NCBI GenBank assembly: GCA_025594325.1
Contig: JANHCV010000006.1
Coordinates: 496,001 to 560,000 of the forward strand
From: Blastocladiella emersonii ATCC 22665
Taxonomy: Eukaryota > Fungi > Blastocladiomycota
DNA: 64,000 bases
Reading direction: 5' to 3'
Part shown: positions 1 to 11,169 of the stretch, one piece after another
How the letters are laid out: each line of letters starts with the position of its first letter
Position numbering within the stretch: the first letter of the stretch is position 1
Notes under the pieces: generated by a model
Told to the model about the DNA's origin: nothing
The model's input: the letters and a program-made list of their open reading frames with translations, nothing else
Databases searched by the model: none
Made by a program: the position numbers and the translations under genes

Positions 1-2
1 TC

Positions 3-1695
3 CAGGCGCGCATCGATGCGGCAAAACCGGCGACACCGTCTTTGCACGACCGCCTCGCCCGCGTGTGTGCGCGCATCGTGTCGCTCGACCTCGTCGTCGC
101 CGAGGCCTCGCTCGACGAAGCCCTTGCGCTACTCACGCAGATCCACGCGTCGTCGGCCGACGCCGTGGTCCGCAACCTGCACGTCGTGGTCGACGCCCTC
201 GTCAACGTCGCCGAGTACCACCCGACGCCCGCCGTACGCGCGACCGTGTGTCGTGGGCAGCTCGGGGCCGTCGATTTCGGCGATTTTTTGGGCGCCGCGG
301 CCGCCGCGATGCGCGGCGAGGCCACCGTCTCCGACAAGGACGGCGGGCTCAAGACGGGAGTCGTCGCGCACCAGGAGATCCCCGTGCTGTGCGCCGAGGT
401 GCTCAAGTCGTGTCTGATCCCCTTCCTCCGGTCCGGCGCGTTCCATTTCGCGCAGACCATCGTCGCGCACGCGATCCAGCGGCTGCTCAAGCTGCACCAC
501 AAGACGTGCCTCGACGCGCTCAACGATTTTGACCGGTCGACGGTGCGCCACCTGCAGGACAGCAAGTACCGCGTCGATGAGCCCATGCTCGTGGCCGAGG
601 CCGACGCAGCCGCCGCCATGTTCCAGCCCGGCGCCGTGTCCTTCTCCGCGTAGGCGTGCTGGTTCTGCCTCCGCCTCGCCGCCCGCTGCGCCGACTCGGC
701 GCTCGTCGCCGTCTTCCGCGCCCTGCACCCGCTGCTCGCGCAGACCCAGCACCACGAGGTCGCCACCGTGCGCTCCCCTTCATCGTCCTACACCTGTGCC
801 TTGTCGTGAGCCCCGCGCTCGACTCGGTCGTGTCCGAGTTCATTCACGCCCTGCAGCACGTGGCCGGCGGCGACCTTGCGATGCAGTCGTTCGCGCTCGC
901 CATCTTCGACGCCAGGAGCGCGCCAAGTTCGCCGAAAAGCGCAGCCGCCGCGCCACGCCGAGTGCATTGGGCGCGCCGAGCCCGCGCCGTACGACCTCGA
1001 GGCGTCGGTCCACCCTGCCGCCCGCGCCGGTCGACCTTGGACCTCGGACAGCTCTTCCTCGACGTGTTCCTCGACGTGTTCCTCGACGTGTACCGCCGCC
1101 TGCGCAACGAGGGCGTCGACTAGGCGCTCGGCGCGTCGCACCTGTTCCAGCAGCAGCAGCAGGTGGGCGGCGGCGGTGCCGACACGGTCCAGGACCCGCG
1201 ACACCTCGCGCTGCAGCACGAGGTCCGCGTGCTCGCCGTCCACCACGCGGCGTCCGTTCACGGCAGCAGCGGGAGCGTTCCGACACCCCCGACGCGGCTC
1301 AGCGCGTACCAGGCGTGGCGTGAGCTCGGGTCCTTTGACCTCCTCGCCGAGCAGCGCACGGGCGCCATCACGGCACACCGAGACGCACCCCGAGTGGAGC
1401 GCCGACCTCGCGCCGACCCGGTTACCCCCACGCCGATCCAGTCACCGCCGCCCCGAGCGTCGGGTACGCTCCTCAGCGACCCCGCCCACGCGCGCAAGCT
1501 CGAGCTCGACGCGCGCGCCCGCGCACGGTCCAGGCCGACGTGTTCCGCGAGCAAAGGCTCAGCTGCGCCTGTGCGACCATCGTCGACCGCCACTGGTTCG
1601 CTGACCTCCTCTTCACGTTCCATGACACGGCGCTGCTCGAGACCCGCACCGCCGAGCCCACCAACGTTGAGGCCATCGTCAACGCGCGCTACTAG
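3..1695 (+). pseudogene. ATM/TEL1-like PIKK fragment (pre-FAT/FAT helical region), with stops and frameshifts, no kinase domain; partial at the window edge
   Basis: Colinear segments resemble human ATM as I recall it: CRGQLGAVDF (~CLGEVGPIDF), ATVALPFIVLHLCL (~QTVLPYLIHDILL), FLDVYRRL (~LLEIYRSI), LALQHE (~LRTYEHE), YQAWRELG and HPEWSADL (~KDWCPEL). In-frame TAG at 651-653 and 1121-1123; several frame switches are needed. Confidence 0.55.
1055..1090 (+). repeat. 12-bp tandem triplication (TTCCTCGACGTG)x3, encoding FLDV x3
   Basis: Three exact copies at 1055, 1067 and 1079. Confidence 0.95.
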
Positions 1696-2131
1696 CGGGT
1701 TGGGACGCGGCGGGATTGCACGCACGCGCGGTCCTCAGCGCGCGAGGAACCGTACGGAGCGCGCTGGTCGCGGCCGCGGTCGCGCTCATTCGAAACTTTT
1801 AATACATTCCGTTACATTGATCATATGTGTGTTTGAGCCGGCGGGGTGCGCGAGGTGACCTCGCCGACGGTGGCCGCGGCCACGGCTGCTGCACGGCTGC
1901 TGCAGCGGCGCGTGTGCGGAAGAGCGCCTGCCACAGCAATCGTGTGGAGCTGGCACGTGACCGGTCCTCGAGTGCAGGTCCCCTGTGATCCAACCAGTGA
2001 TCCAACCGAGACGCGTCTCCCACCCCTCTCCGCTTCCATATCCCGTTTCTCGTCACTCCCCCGTCATACGCCACCACACCATGTAACACGAATGGAATAG
2101 AATCCCACCATCTACCACTTGATGCCTTCCG

Positions 2132-5100
2132 ATGCCGACGCACCGCACCGCCCTCCTCGCGGTCCACGACTGCCTGCACGCCGACTGCCACCTGGCCGCG
2201 GACCCGTTGTCCGCCGCGGCCGCCGAGGCGCACCTGCGCCCGCACGGCTCGGCGCGCTCGCAGCGCCGCCGCCATGACCTCAACGTGTTCCGCCCGCTGC
2301 CCGTGCGCGTCCCGCTCGGCGGCGGCAAGATTCTATCCCCGCTCGCGTCGCGCACCTCGAGCGCCGCGATCGCGGGCAGCCGCCCGTCCGCGCGGATCGG
2401 CGGTCTCGTCGCGAGCAGCGAGTACGCGTGCGGGATCGAGTTCGGCAAGGTGCTGGCGCAGGCGCTGCACCCTACGACGCGGCGCGACCGTGACCCCGAC
2501 TCGGGCCGGTACCGGCAGGGCGGCAACGCGCTGCTGTTCAACTCGTTCGCGGCCATCACGCACGCGCGGCCCGCGCTGTGTCTCGCGCACCTGGTCCCGC
2601 TGCCGCCCAACCCGCCCGTCGCGCCCGCGGGCAAGCTCGATATCGGGCTCGTCCCGCCGCGCGTCGACACGCTCGAGCCCGTGCGCGGCACGCGGTTCGC
2701 GATCCACCTGCTCGCGCGGCGGAACCGCGGGCGGCGCCGGCGCGGCGGGCCCGGGGACGACGATGACGACGACGATTCGCTCGACGCGAGCGGGCGCAGC
2801 CGCACGGGACTCCCCGCGATCGACGGTAACGGCGGGGCCGTGACTGCGCGCGGCGACGGCGGCGAGGGGGACGCGAACCTCGACCTCGACATCGAGTACT
2901 TTCGCCAGCTGCAGCCCATCTCGTCGCGGTCCAGCATGCAGACCGGCGACGCGGGCGCCGCGGGGTACCGGTACACGCCGCCGGCGCCGCCGAAATCCGC
3001 CGGCCCGCGCGCGTCGCTGTCGGCGCGGCCGACCGTCGCGCCCGTCCCCGAGGCGTCGGCCGAGGACTCGGACGCGGCCGATGCGCTGGCGCGGGCTGCC
3101 GCGGAGAAGGGCAAGGGTTCGCGGGGCGGGTCGGCGGGGTCGGGCGGCAGCCGCGACGAGGACGACGGCAAGGACGAGGACCTGGATCTCGACCCGCGGC
3201 TCGCGCTGGGCGAGGAGGAGGATCTGGGGAACGTGCACACGCCGCTCCTCCTAAACCGCGGCGACTCGGCGCACGACGCGGCGGCGGCGGCGGGCGGGCG
3301 CGGCCGCGGCATGTCGTTCCTGAGCGCGTCCGCGAAACGGGCCGCGGACCCGCGCGTCATGGAAATCCTGGACCTGGAGCGCGAGGCGCTCGTGTCGGGG
3401 ATGCTAGACGTGCAGGCGCAGGCGATCAACGCGCCGGGCAGCGCGGCGGGCGGCGCGTCGGTCGAGGACGACGAGTGCCTGTTCACGTTCATGTCGGACC
3501 TAGTGCTCCTCCTCATGGTGCAGCGCGCGCGCGCCACGGGCGCCAAGTCGGTCCAGTACGACGCGCAGGTCGAGGCGGTGCTTGACGACCCCATGACCTA
3601 CTTCCAGAGCATGGCGTGGACCACCGCGCAGTACATTAGCGTGCTGCGCCGCCCGCCGCTGTTCCCGGCCACCACCTTCGTGCAGCTCGTCGGGATCGTC
3701 ACGGGCACCGAGGCCGGCCACCACGAGGACGACGACGACCGCACCAAGCGCAAACGCGTCCGCCTGCTGTTCCGCCGCCACTTGCGCAAGCTCGACGCGC
3801 CGTCCGCGCTGTATTTCCGGTCCATTATCAGCCACCTCGCGCGCACCACGGACCTGCTGGACGTGCTCCCGCACGCGGGCCGGCGTACCCCACAACTCGC
3901 GTACCGCCTGGCCACCGCGCTCGTCCCGATCCTCGTGGAGCCCGGCTGGGTCGACCACGTCCCGCGCACCATGTGGATGGCGCAGGCCCCGACGCAGCTC
4001 GGTGCGCACCGCCCGTGGCAGACGCCCGCGCTGCGCGACCCCGTGGTCCCCGACCCGCCGCCGCCGCTGGGCACTGGGCGCGTCGTGGATACCGACGAGG
4101 GCGGCGCCGTCTCCGAGAGCAACGTGTCGACGCGCCCCGAGACCGCGTCGAGCCAAGAGGACTCGACTGACCGCCGCCGCAGCAGCGTCAACGGCGGTGG
4201 CGCGATCTCGTCGCTATTCTGGCGCGAGCACCTGCGGCGCGACCCGCGGCTGCACCCGGCGCCCGACCGCGAAACGTTCCTGTTCCTCGTCACGGACGGC
4301 ACCGAGCCGCCCGACCGGAGTCTCCTGCGGCTCGCGCCGGACAGCGCCGGGTCGTCGGCGGCCGGGACCGACGCAGGCGGCGGTGGGGATCCGATCGTGG
4401 GCGCGAGCGCCGCGCTGCTCGACGACTCGTTTGCGTCGGCGTCCGAGCTTGGCGACTCGCGCCCGGCCACGGCGCCACGGCAGCCCAGCGCGCTCGTTTT
4501 GGGGGCCTCGGGCGGGGATGTCGCCGGGTCGGACCTATCGGTCAACAGCGCGGCGACCGAGGAGACCGACCCGGATCCCGCAGTAGCGGGAGCGCGCGCG
4601 GGGACCGCCGGCTCGACGTCGTCGTCGCAGCCCGACCGCGACGCGGACGGGATCGCGCTGCCGATGCGCATCCCGTCGCCGCCTGCCAACACGCCGAGCC
4701 GGATCGTCGCGGGCGCGCGGCCGGCGACCGCGGCGCCGCTGCTCATGGCGCGCCACGCGGCGCTGTCTGCAAGCCGTCGCGGCGGCGGTCCAGGAGCGCT
4801 TCCGCGCTCAAACGTGCGGCTCGCGCCGTCCTCAGCATCGTCAACGAGCAGCACCGGCACGCTTCCCTCCTCGGCCCGCGCGCCGCCATCCCCGTCTTCC
4901 TTCCGCCCCCGCGTCCCACACACCGCCAACACTGGCGGCGCGCGCCCACACACCGCGTTCGCGGACATGTCACACCCACCACCCCTCAGCTCCGCGCCGA
5001 GCGCGAGCAACTTCGACTCCGTGACGACGCCCGGCTTCGCCGCAGTCCCCATGCCGCGCGACCTCGTCGACCTCGCCGCGACCACGCTGCAGTGGGTGTT

Positions 5101-5488
5101 CGCGCACGCCGACGTGCTGCTCGAGACGGCGCTGATCCGCGCGGTCCGGCTCGACCGCGATCTGCGCGCGGCTGAGGTCGCTGCAGCGGCGGCGGCGGCG
5201 GCGGCTGCTGCTGCTGCTGCCGCGGCGTCAGCCCCGGCATCGCGCACGACGACGGGGAAGGGCGGTGGGCGGCGCGGGACCCTCGCCGCGGTCCGCGTTG
5301 CGGTCGGCGGCAGCAGCAAGGGCCGGCGCACGAGCCAGGTCAGCCCAACAACCGCCGCGACATCTTCCGCGCCCGCCGCCGCCGGCGGCCTCGCGCGCGA
5401 CGCGGACGAGGCGCGGAACCCGTTCCCGTCGGTCCCCGGGTCCGCGACCGCGGGCGGGGCGTCAGCGCCGCCCAAAGGCCGTCGTTAG
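2132..5488 (+). CDS. 1118-aa protein with a divergent RhoGAP-like helical domain and long low-complexity regions
   Basis: Single long ORF. TAQYISVLRRPPLFP...RHLRKLDAPSALYFRSIISHLAR...LAYRLATALVPILV follows the RhoGAP helix pattern (LLKxFLRELPEPL / LxxLPxxNxxxLxxLxxHL / LAxVFGPxL). Confidence 0.6.
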   Translation: MPTHRTALLAVHDCLHADCHLAADPLSAAAAEAHLRPHGSARSQRRRHDLNVFRPLPVRVPLGGGKILSPLASRTSSAAIAGSRPSARIGGLVASSEYACGIEFGKVLAQALHPTTRRDRDPDSGRYRQGGNALLFNSFAAITHARPALCLAHLVPLPPNPPVAPAGKLDIGLVPPRVDTLEPVRGTRFAIHLLARRNRGRRRRGGPGDDDDDDDSLDASGRSRTGLPAIDGNGGAVTARGDGGEGDANLDLDIEYFRQLQPISSRSSMQTGDAGAAGYRYTPPAPPKSAGPRASLSARPTVAPVPEASAEDSDAADALARAAAEKGKGSRGGSAGSGGSRDEDDGKDEDLDLDPRLALGEEEDLGNVHTPLLLNRGDSAHDAAAAAGGRGRGMSFLSASAKRAADPRVMEILDLEREALVSGMLDVQAQAINAPGSAAGGASVEDDECLFTFMSDLVLLLMVQRARATGAKSVQYDAQVEAVLDDPMTYFQSMAWTTAQYISVLRRPPLFPATTFVQLVGIVTGTEAGHHEDDDDRTKRKRVRLLFRRHLRKLDAPSALYFRSIISHLARTTDLLDVLPHAGRRTPQLAYRLATALVPILVEPGWVDHVPRTMWMAQAPTQLGAHRPWQTPALRDPVVPDPPPPLGTGRVVDTDEGGAVSESNVSTRPETASSQEDSTDRRRSSVNGGGAISSLFWREHLRRDPRLHPAPDRETFLFLVTDGTEPPDRSLLRLAPDSAGSSAAGTDAGGGGDPIVGASAALLDDSFASASELGDSRPATAPRQPSALVLGASGGDVAGSDLSVNSAATEETDPDPAVAGARAGTAGSTSSSQPDRDADGIALPMRIPSPPANTPSRIVAGARPATAAPLLMARHAALSASRRGGGPGALPRSNVRLAPSSASSTSSTGTLPSSARAPPSPSSFRPRVPHTANTGGARPHTAFADMSHPPPLSSAPSASNFDSVTTPGFAAVPMPRDLVDLAATTLQWVFAHADVLLETALIRAVRLDRDLRAAEVAAAAAAAAAAAAAAAASAPASRTTTGKGGGRRGTLAAVRVAVGGSSKGRRTSQVSPTTAATSSAPAAAGGLARDADEARNPFPSVPGSATAGGASAPPKGRR

Positions 5489-5549
5489 TGGTGCTGTGCA
5501 AGTTGTGTGAGTGTATATAATATTGATCTCTCTCTCTCTCCCCCCCAAA

Positions 5550-7655
5550 TCACCAGTAGTTCGTGCCCGTGTCCGCGTGGTGGAGGTGCGTCGCGGACTG
5601 CGGTGACAGCGGGCCGGGCGGCGGCGGCGGGAACATGGGGCCGCCGTGCAGCCCAGTCCCACCGCCGGGGTGGAAGCTGAGCGGGCGCGCGGCAGCAGGA
5701 GCAGCACCGGGGGCGCCGAGCATGGCGGACATGCGGCGCGACGCGTTGACGGGCGCGGCGCCCGGCCGGAGCTGCGAGTGGGGGTGCAGCTGCGGCGCAA
5801 GCGGGTGCTGCCCCGAAATACTCCCGGACGCGCGCGAGAAGGGCGAGTCGGCGAACGTCAGGCTGGTCGGCGGCGCGCTCTGCGGCGGCTGCGCTGGCGA
5901 CGGGATCATCCACGACTGGCGGCGCGGGTTCGCGGATGCCAGGGTTGCGCTCGGGTGCGTCCACATGCGGCCGGCGCCGAGGGCGACGCCGTCCTCGAGC
6001 TCCTCCTGCTCGGCGCGCGAGAGCGGCGGCGCCGCGGCGGCGCCGACGGCGAGGATGGGGACCATCATGGACCGCGGGCGCGGCGCGGCGGCTGCCGCCC
6101 CCGAAACACCAGGCCACCGCCGCTGCGGTCCCACTCCCGAAGTCGGCCGCTGCAGAGGGCGTTGATGGTGGCGGAAATGTAATGGCGTCGTATCGTCAGC
6201 GCCCTCGGACTCGCTCTCGCTCTCCGCGCCACCGAGCTCCTCGTCGCGGACGGCGGGCAGGTCGGCGGACCGCGTGCGCAGCGGGACGGCGAAGGGCGGC
6301 GGCGGGAGCGGGGCGAACGGGTCGAACTTGGCCGCCACGGGGGGTTCCGCCGCGGGCGCAACGTCGTAGTCGAGGACGGTCGCGGCCGAGTACCGCGGGG
6401 CAACGCCGTCGGCGGGGTTGGAGAAGGTGGACGCGGGTCGGCCGGCGGGGTTGGAGAGCGGCGACGCGGGGCGCCCGCCGCCGACGGCCGAGGGCAGGAT
6501 GACGGATGTCCGCGGCCCGACAAACGAGGCCGGACGCACCGACGCGGGCTGCACGCGCACGAGGCCGTTACTGCTGCGGCGCGGGACGACCGGCGCCACC
6601 GCTGCCGCCGCCCCCGCCGGAGGCTCGACGACCATGGCCGCCGAGACGTGGTTGGTGGCCTCCTGTAGCGCGTTAGCGAGCGCCGTGGTCAGAAACGCCA
6701 TCATCTTCCGGCGCGCACGGGGCGAGGCGGAGGTGATGACAAAGTCGCCGTCGTCGTGGTCGACGCGGACCGAGAGCGAGGCGCCCGCGGCCGCGGCGCG
6801 CGCCGAGGCTTTCGTGTACGCGTCAATGTACGCGTCCGAGAGCTGCAGGGCGGTCAGGGCGCGCGCGTTGAGGGCGAGCGGGATCGGGATGGTCGAGGCG
6901 ACGGGGGTCGCGTCGAGCGCGTCGTCCTTGTCCTTGTCCTTGCTCGACTTGCGCGACGATTTCGTGTCCTTGGACTTACTGCGCGACGCAGCGGCGCTCG
7001 ACGACTTGGCGGGCGACGACGACAGCGACGACGGGGACGCGGACCGGGTCGACGCGGACCCCGATCCCATGGCGGCCGAGAGCGGCGGCGATGGCGGGAT
7101 CCCGCCGCCGATGCTGCTCTTGGCCGACTTGCGCGACTTGGACGAGCGCGTCGACGGCGCGGCCGAGTCGGGGCGCGCGGGCGGCGGGAGCGGGACCGGG
7201 ACCTCGGCAATGGGCGCGAGCTCGGGCAGCGACAGCTCGCGCGTCAGCGACGGCGGCGACTGTGAGAGGAACGGGAGGTCGGGCAGGACCGGCGCCTGCG
7301 CCGCGGGCGGCGGCGAAGGCTGGAGCGCAAGCGCGTCGAGGTGCGCGAGCAGCTGCATGGGCGTGTCGGCGACGTCCGACTCGATGTCGAGCAGCGACGT
7401 TGGCTTGGACGACGTGGTCGGCGTGACGGCGCGCGTGACGCTGGTCGGCGACGGCGCGGGCGTCATGACCTGGAACGACGGCAGCGCGGGGCCCGTGGGA
7501 CCCGAGGGCGAGGCGGGAACGGGAGAGGCGGGGCCGCCCAGCGCGGCAAGGTCGGCGGCCGAGTACCCGAGCTGGTCGCGCAGGAACGCGAGCTCCGTCA
7601 CCGACAGCGTCGCGGGGGCGGCCGCGCCCGACGAGGATGGCGGCGTGGTTGCCAT
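5550..7655 (-). CDS. Hypothetical Pro/Ser/Ala-rich, largely disordered protein (~700 aa)
   Basis: Long ORF with typical codon usage. Likely start MATTPPSS at 7655; ends ...TGTNYW*. No recognisable domain. Confidence 0.7.
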   Translation of the reverse strand: MATTPPSSSGAAAPATLSVTELAFLRDQLGYSAADLAALGGPASPVPASPSGPTGPALPSFQVMTPAPSPTSVTRAVTPTTSSKPTSLLDIESDVADTPMQLLAHLDALALQPSPPPAAQAPVLPDLPFLSQSPPSLTRELSLPELAPIAEVPVPLPPPARPDSAAPSTRSSKSRKSAKSSIGGGIPPSPPLSAAMGSGSASTRSASPSSLSSSPAKSSSAAASRSKSKDTKSSRKSSKDKDKDDALDATPVASTIPIPLALNARALTALQLSDAYIDAYTKASARAAAAGASLSVRVDHDDGDFVITSASPRARRKMMAFLTTALANALQEATNHVSAAMVVEPPAGAAAAVAPVVPRRSSNGLVRVQPASVRPASFVGPRTSVILPSAVGGGRPASPLSNPAGRPASTFSNPADGVAPRYSAATVLDYDVAPAAEPPVAAKFDPFAPLPPPPFAVPLRTRSADLPAVRDEELGGAESESESEGADDTTPLHFRHHQRPLQRPTSGVGPQRRWPGVSGAAAAAPRPRSMMVPILAVGAAAAPPLSRAEQEELEDGVALGAGRMWTHPSATLASANPRRQSWMIPSPAQPPQSAPPTSLTFADSPFSRASGSISGQHPLAPQLHPHSQLRPGAAPVNASRRMSAMLGAPGAAPAAARPLSFHPGGGTGLHGGPMFPPPPPGPLSPQSATHLHHADTGTNYW

Positions 7656-8343
7656 GGCGTTGAGCGGGAGAGCGGTGGCGTCTTTCGGTCTAGGTTGGAG
7701 ACGGTGGCAAGAACCGCAGCGGCAAGTGGTGGTGGTGGTCGATGCGTTCAGCGCCCGCTCGTTCGTTCGCGCAGGACAGCAAGGGTGCAAGTGCAAGTGC
7801 AAGAGGGTGTCGATGCGTGGTGTGCGGGCCTCCTCTCTGGCGGCCGCGCTTGGAGGTGCCAGATGGGAGGGAGAGAGAGAGAGGATGAAGGCGCCGAGGG
7901 GCGGGAGGAGGAGACCCAGCCCGCGTGCGCCCAAGGTCGGTCGCCGCCAAAGCCTAAACGTCGAACTCTACGCTTCTCCCGTGCGAATATTTATTCGACC
8001 TGCGGCCCACGTTGGCAGCGCCGTCGCGCTCGCGAGGTCGTGCTCGCATGTGCGCGCGCCGCCCTTTCACGCCATCCACACGTTGCGGTGCCACGCTCGC
8101 CCGCGGAGGTCCCTGAACCGTGGCCATCGCCATCGCGTTCCCACACTCCCCTCTCCTCTCCTCTCCTCCCTCACGATCGCCATGTTGGCGACCACGACGA
8201 CGACCATGGTGGTGGTGGCCCGATAATCGCAAACGCGAGCACGCAGTCGCTGAGATCTATTTCAAGCGCCACTACGCCCACCGCACTTGCACCCGTGCCG
8301 TGCCCGCCTCGTATTTTCAGCGGTCGACCCATCACCTCCACCA

Positions 8344-10092
8344 TCACATGGCGGCCGCGCGCGCCGCGAGACTCGGGAACCACCGCACCGCGTACGTGCG
8401 CACCTCGACCTTACCCTCCCTCGCCGCGGCGATGGCTGCGGTCCCGCGGAACGTGATGCGCCGCCCGTCGTCGTCCTGCGTGATCCCCGCCGGCAGCGCG
8501 TCGGCCTCCTGCACCACCGCCGGTGGCTCCGCATCGTCGCCGTCGTCGCGTGCGTCCTCGGCCGCCGCCTGCGCCGCGCTGAGCACCTCGATCGTGGCGG
8601 CGGTCCCGCACGCAACCTCGACGCGCGCTACTCCCAAAGGCACCGCACGGAGGAGCGCCGCGATACACGCATCCATCTCGCGTCCGCCCGGTCCCGCGAC
8701 GTCGACCTGGAGCCACTTGAGGCGCGGCGACCCGGCGAGAACCGCCGCGAGCGCGGTGGCCGACGCCGGCGTGACTTGGCGCATGTGCACTCCCAAACCC
8801 GTGAGCGGGCCGTGGTCGGCGTGCACGAGGTTGGGCGACGCGGCAAGATCCGCGAGCGTGTTGCCCCACGCGCAGGGCAGGGCGACGGGCGCCGTCGGGT
8901 CGAGTTCCGCCGCGAGCGCCGTTTCCGCGAGATCGATGGCCCCGGCGCCGACGACCGTGAGCCGGTACACGCGCAGCGTGGTCAGGGAGTGCGGGAGGAG
9001 GCGCAGGAACGCCCGCCACGCGGCGCGCGACGCGACCTCGACGCCGAGCAGCGTCAGGTGCTGCAGACGGCGCGGCAACTCCCCGCCGCCGGCCTCGGTC
9101 CACTTCTCAACCGTCGCCGCCGACAGGGCGATCCCGCCGAGCCGCAGCGTCGTGACGGGACACGCCGCGATCGTGTCCCCGAGCGGCGGCGCCGCGTCGA
9201 GCACCGCCTCAATGGCGGGCACCGGCTCGCCCGTGCCCGCGGACCCGGCCTCGCCCCACGCGTGCGCGAGGGAGCCGTGCACCGTCGACTGCACGATCCC
9301 GAGCTCCGTGATCCCCGTCGTCTCCTCGCCCGCGCTGCCCGCCGCGGCGGCGGCGCCCGCGAACAGCGCGATGCCGAAGCTGAGCATCCTTGGGTCCTCG
9401 GCCGTCACCGACACCGCGCGGAGACCGGGCAGCGCGCCCGCGAGCTCGCCGCGCCGTGCCCGGTGGGCGAGATCGGCCAAAACGGCGAGGTCGGCGATCC
9501 GGTGCAGCGCCTCGAAGTTGACGTTGATGGACGCGAGATTCGCCCTTTTTTGGGATACCGGCGCGGTCAACAGCGCCGCGATATGCGCGCCGAGGAACGT
9601 CGTACGCGGTTTCGCGGGATCCGTCCCGCCGCCGCGCGGCGACGCGTACAGGACGAGTTCGCGGAGCGCCGGGCACACCTTTTCCCCGCCACAAACCGCC
9701 GCAACGGCCGACGACGCGCGGTCGACGGCGAGCCGCGTCACGTTCGGCGTGTACTGGAGCACGCGGCGGTGCCGCTCCTCGTCGTCGCCGCCGTCGGCGA
9801 GGGCGAGCAGGTCCAGCTCGCGCACCCAGCCCGCGTAGTCGGCGGACTGCGGGGTCCGTGCGACCCATAGCGTCTGTGTCATGACGTGCAGCGCGGCGAT
9901 CGGGAGCGGAGACGACATGGGCCAGATGGACCGCCACAGGCGCGGCGCGGACAGGGCGAAGGTGCTGTGTGAGCAGTACAGCAGCGCGCGCAGGTCGGGC
10001 AGCGACGTGACGTGGTCGGCGATCAGGCCGAGGACTTCGGGCGGCAGCACGGCGAGGCGGCCGAGTGACTTTGTCGGTGGTGATTGATCCAT
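8344..10092 (-). CDS. F-box protein with LRR-like C-terminal region
   Basis: N-terminal LAVLPPEVLGLIADHVTSLPDLRALLYCSH fits an F-box; LxxLxL repeats follow (VTRLAV, LRELVL, VTTLRL, LQHLTL, LTTLRV, LKWLQV). Confidence 0.75.
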   Translation of the reverse strand: MDQSPPTKSLGRLAVLPPEVLGLIADHVTSLPDLRALLYCSHSTFALSAPRLWRSIWPMSSPLPIAALHVMTQTLWVARTPQSADYAGWVRELDLLALADGGDDEERHRRVLQYTPNVTRLAVDRASSAVAAVCGGEKVCPALRELVLYASPRGGGTDPAKPRTTFLGAHIAALLTAPVSQKRANLASINVNFEALHRIADLAVLADLAHRARRGELAGALPGLRAVSVTAEDPRMLSFGIALFAGAAAAAGSAGEETTGITELGIVQSTVHGSLAHAWGEAGSAGTGEPVPAIEAVLDAAPPLGDTIAACPVTTLRLGGIALSAATVEKWTEAGGGELPRRLQHLTLLGVEVASRAAWRAFLRLLPHSLTTLRVYRLTVVGAGAIDLAETALAAELDPTAPVALPCAWGNTLADLAASPNLVHADHGPLTGLGVHMRQVTPASATALAAVLAGSPRLKWLQVDVAGPGGREMDACIAALLRAVPLGVARVEVACGTAATIEVLSAAQAAAEDARDDGDDAEPPAVVQEADALPAGITQDDDGRRITFRGTAAIAAAREGKVEVRTYAVRWFPSLAARAAAM

Positions 10093-10760
10093 GGGTTTGC
10101 GTTGTGTTGCGCTGACAAGGGGAGAAGGGACGCGCTGCGACGAAGGCGCCTTCGACGGGTGCAGGGCTTTGCCCTGAAATATTGGGTGGCCCCTTCGAAA
10201 GTCTCGGTCTGTGTCACGTGATATATGGAGACTTGTCACTTCTGTCACGTCACGTGAGTGGCTGAACGCGTGGTCGCGCTAACACTTCCTCTCTTGCGGT
10301 TCTGTGCGGAAGGTAAACCCACCACAAATATGCTTATTGTTGCTACTACACGTTATGCAAGTGTCTTTTCATTCACTGACTGCCGTCCGGCTTCAGTCGC
10401 CCCCACATCGCGTCTGCGACCGCACCATGTCTTGCGCGTTCCTGTCTGCAAATGAGAAGCAAAATGGAGCTGCTGTTACTGTGAAATTTAAATCATTCTT
10501 GATTACTTTATTGTCGTGCTGCACGACATGATGCGTAGCAACAATCGCCTGGAGAACGATGGCGTCGCGCGGCGAAGATGGGTCGCGACATATGATCTTC
10601 CACTCGATCACGGAGCTGCTGAGTAGCACGACATATTGTATCTGGTAGTAGCGCGGCAGAAACGTTGCCTTACTTGGCTGACGCAGACTAACCACGCGGC
10701 TAACGTGAACGACGTTCATTACGTTCGTCTTCGCGCGTCGTCCTAGTCCACGATCATGAG

Positions 10761-11169
10761 CTCAACAAGGCGACGCTGATCTTCGGCACAACGGGACAAC
10801 GCTGGTCATCAAAAAAACGAGGCGACGCTGGTCATCAACACAACGAGGCGACGCTGGTGACCAACTCGACAAGGCGGCTCTGGTGACCAACTCGACAAGG
10901 CGGCTCTGATTGTCAACTTAACAAGACGACGCTGAACATCAACTCAACAAGGCCACGCTGATCATCAACGCAACAGGGCGACGCTGATTGCTAGCGCAAC
11001 GATGCGACGCTGGTCATCAACGCAAAGAGGCGACGCTGAACATCAACTTCACGAGGCGACGCTGTTCACGACCCAACAAGGCGACGCTGGTCGCCAGCAC
11101 AACAAGGCAACGCTGATCACCAACTCGCAAGGCGACGCTGGCCATCAACTCGACAAGGCGACGCTGGCA
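10761..11169. repeat. Degenerate 26-bp minisatellite, ~16 units (consensus GGCGACGCTGGTCATCAACTCAACAA), left block
   Basis: Units read directly, e.g. ggcgacgctggtgaccaactcgacaa and ggcgacgctggccatcaactcgacaa. Period mostly 26 bp; no ORF in the track. Confidence 0.92.

Noticed and set aside
570-653. Intron ending at the TAG at 651-653 that would rescue the first gene
   Set aside because: No GTRYG donor or CTRAY branch site like those in the other introns here, and further frameshifts remain downstream.
10393-10719. Possible kinase-like remnant (KIICRD)
   Set aside because: A single weak motif with no other kinase subdomains.
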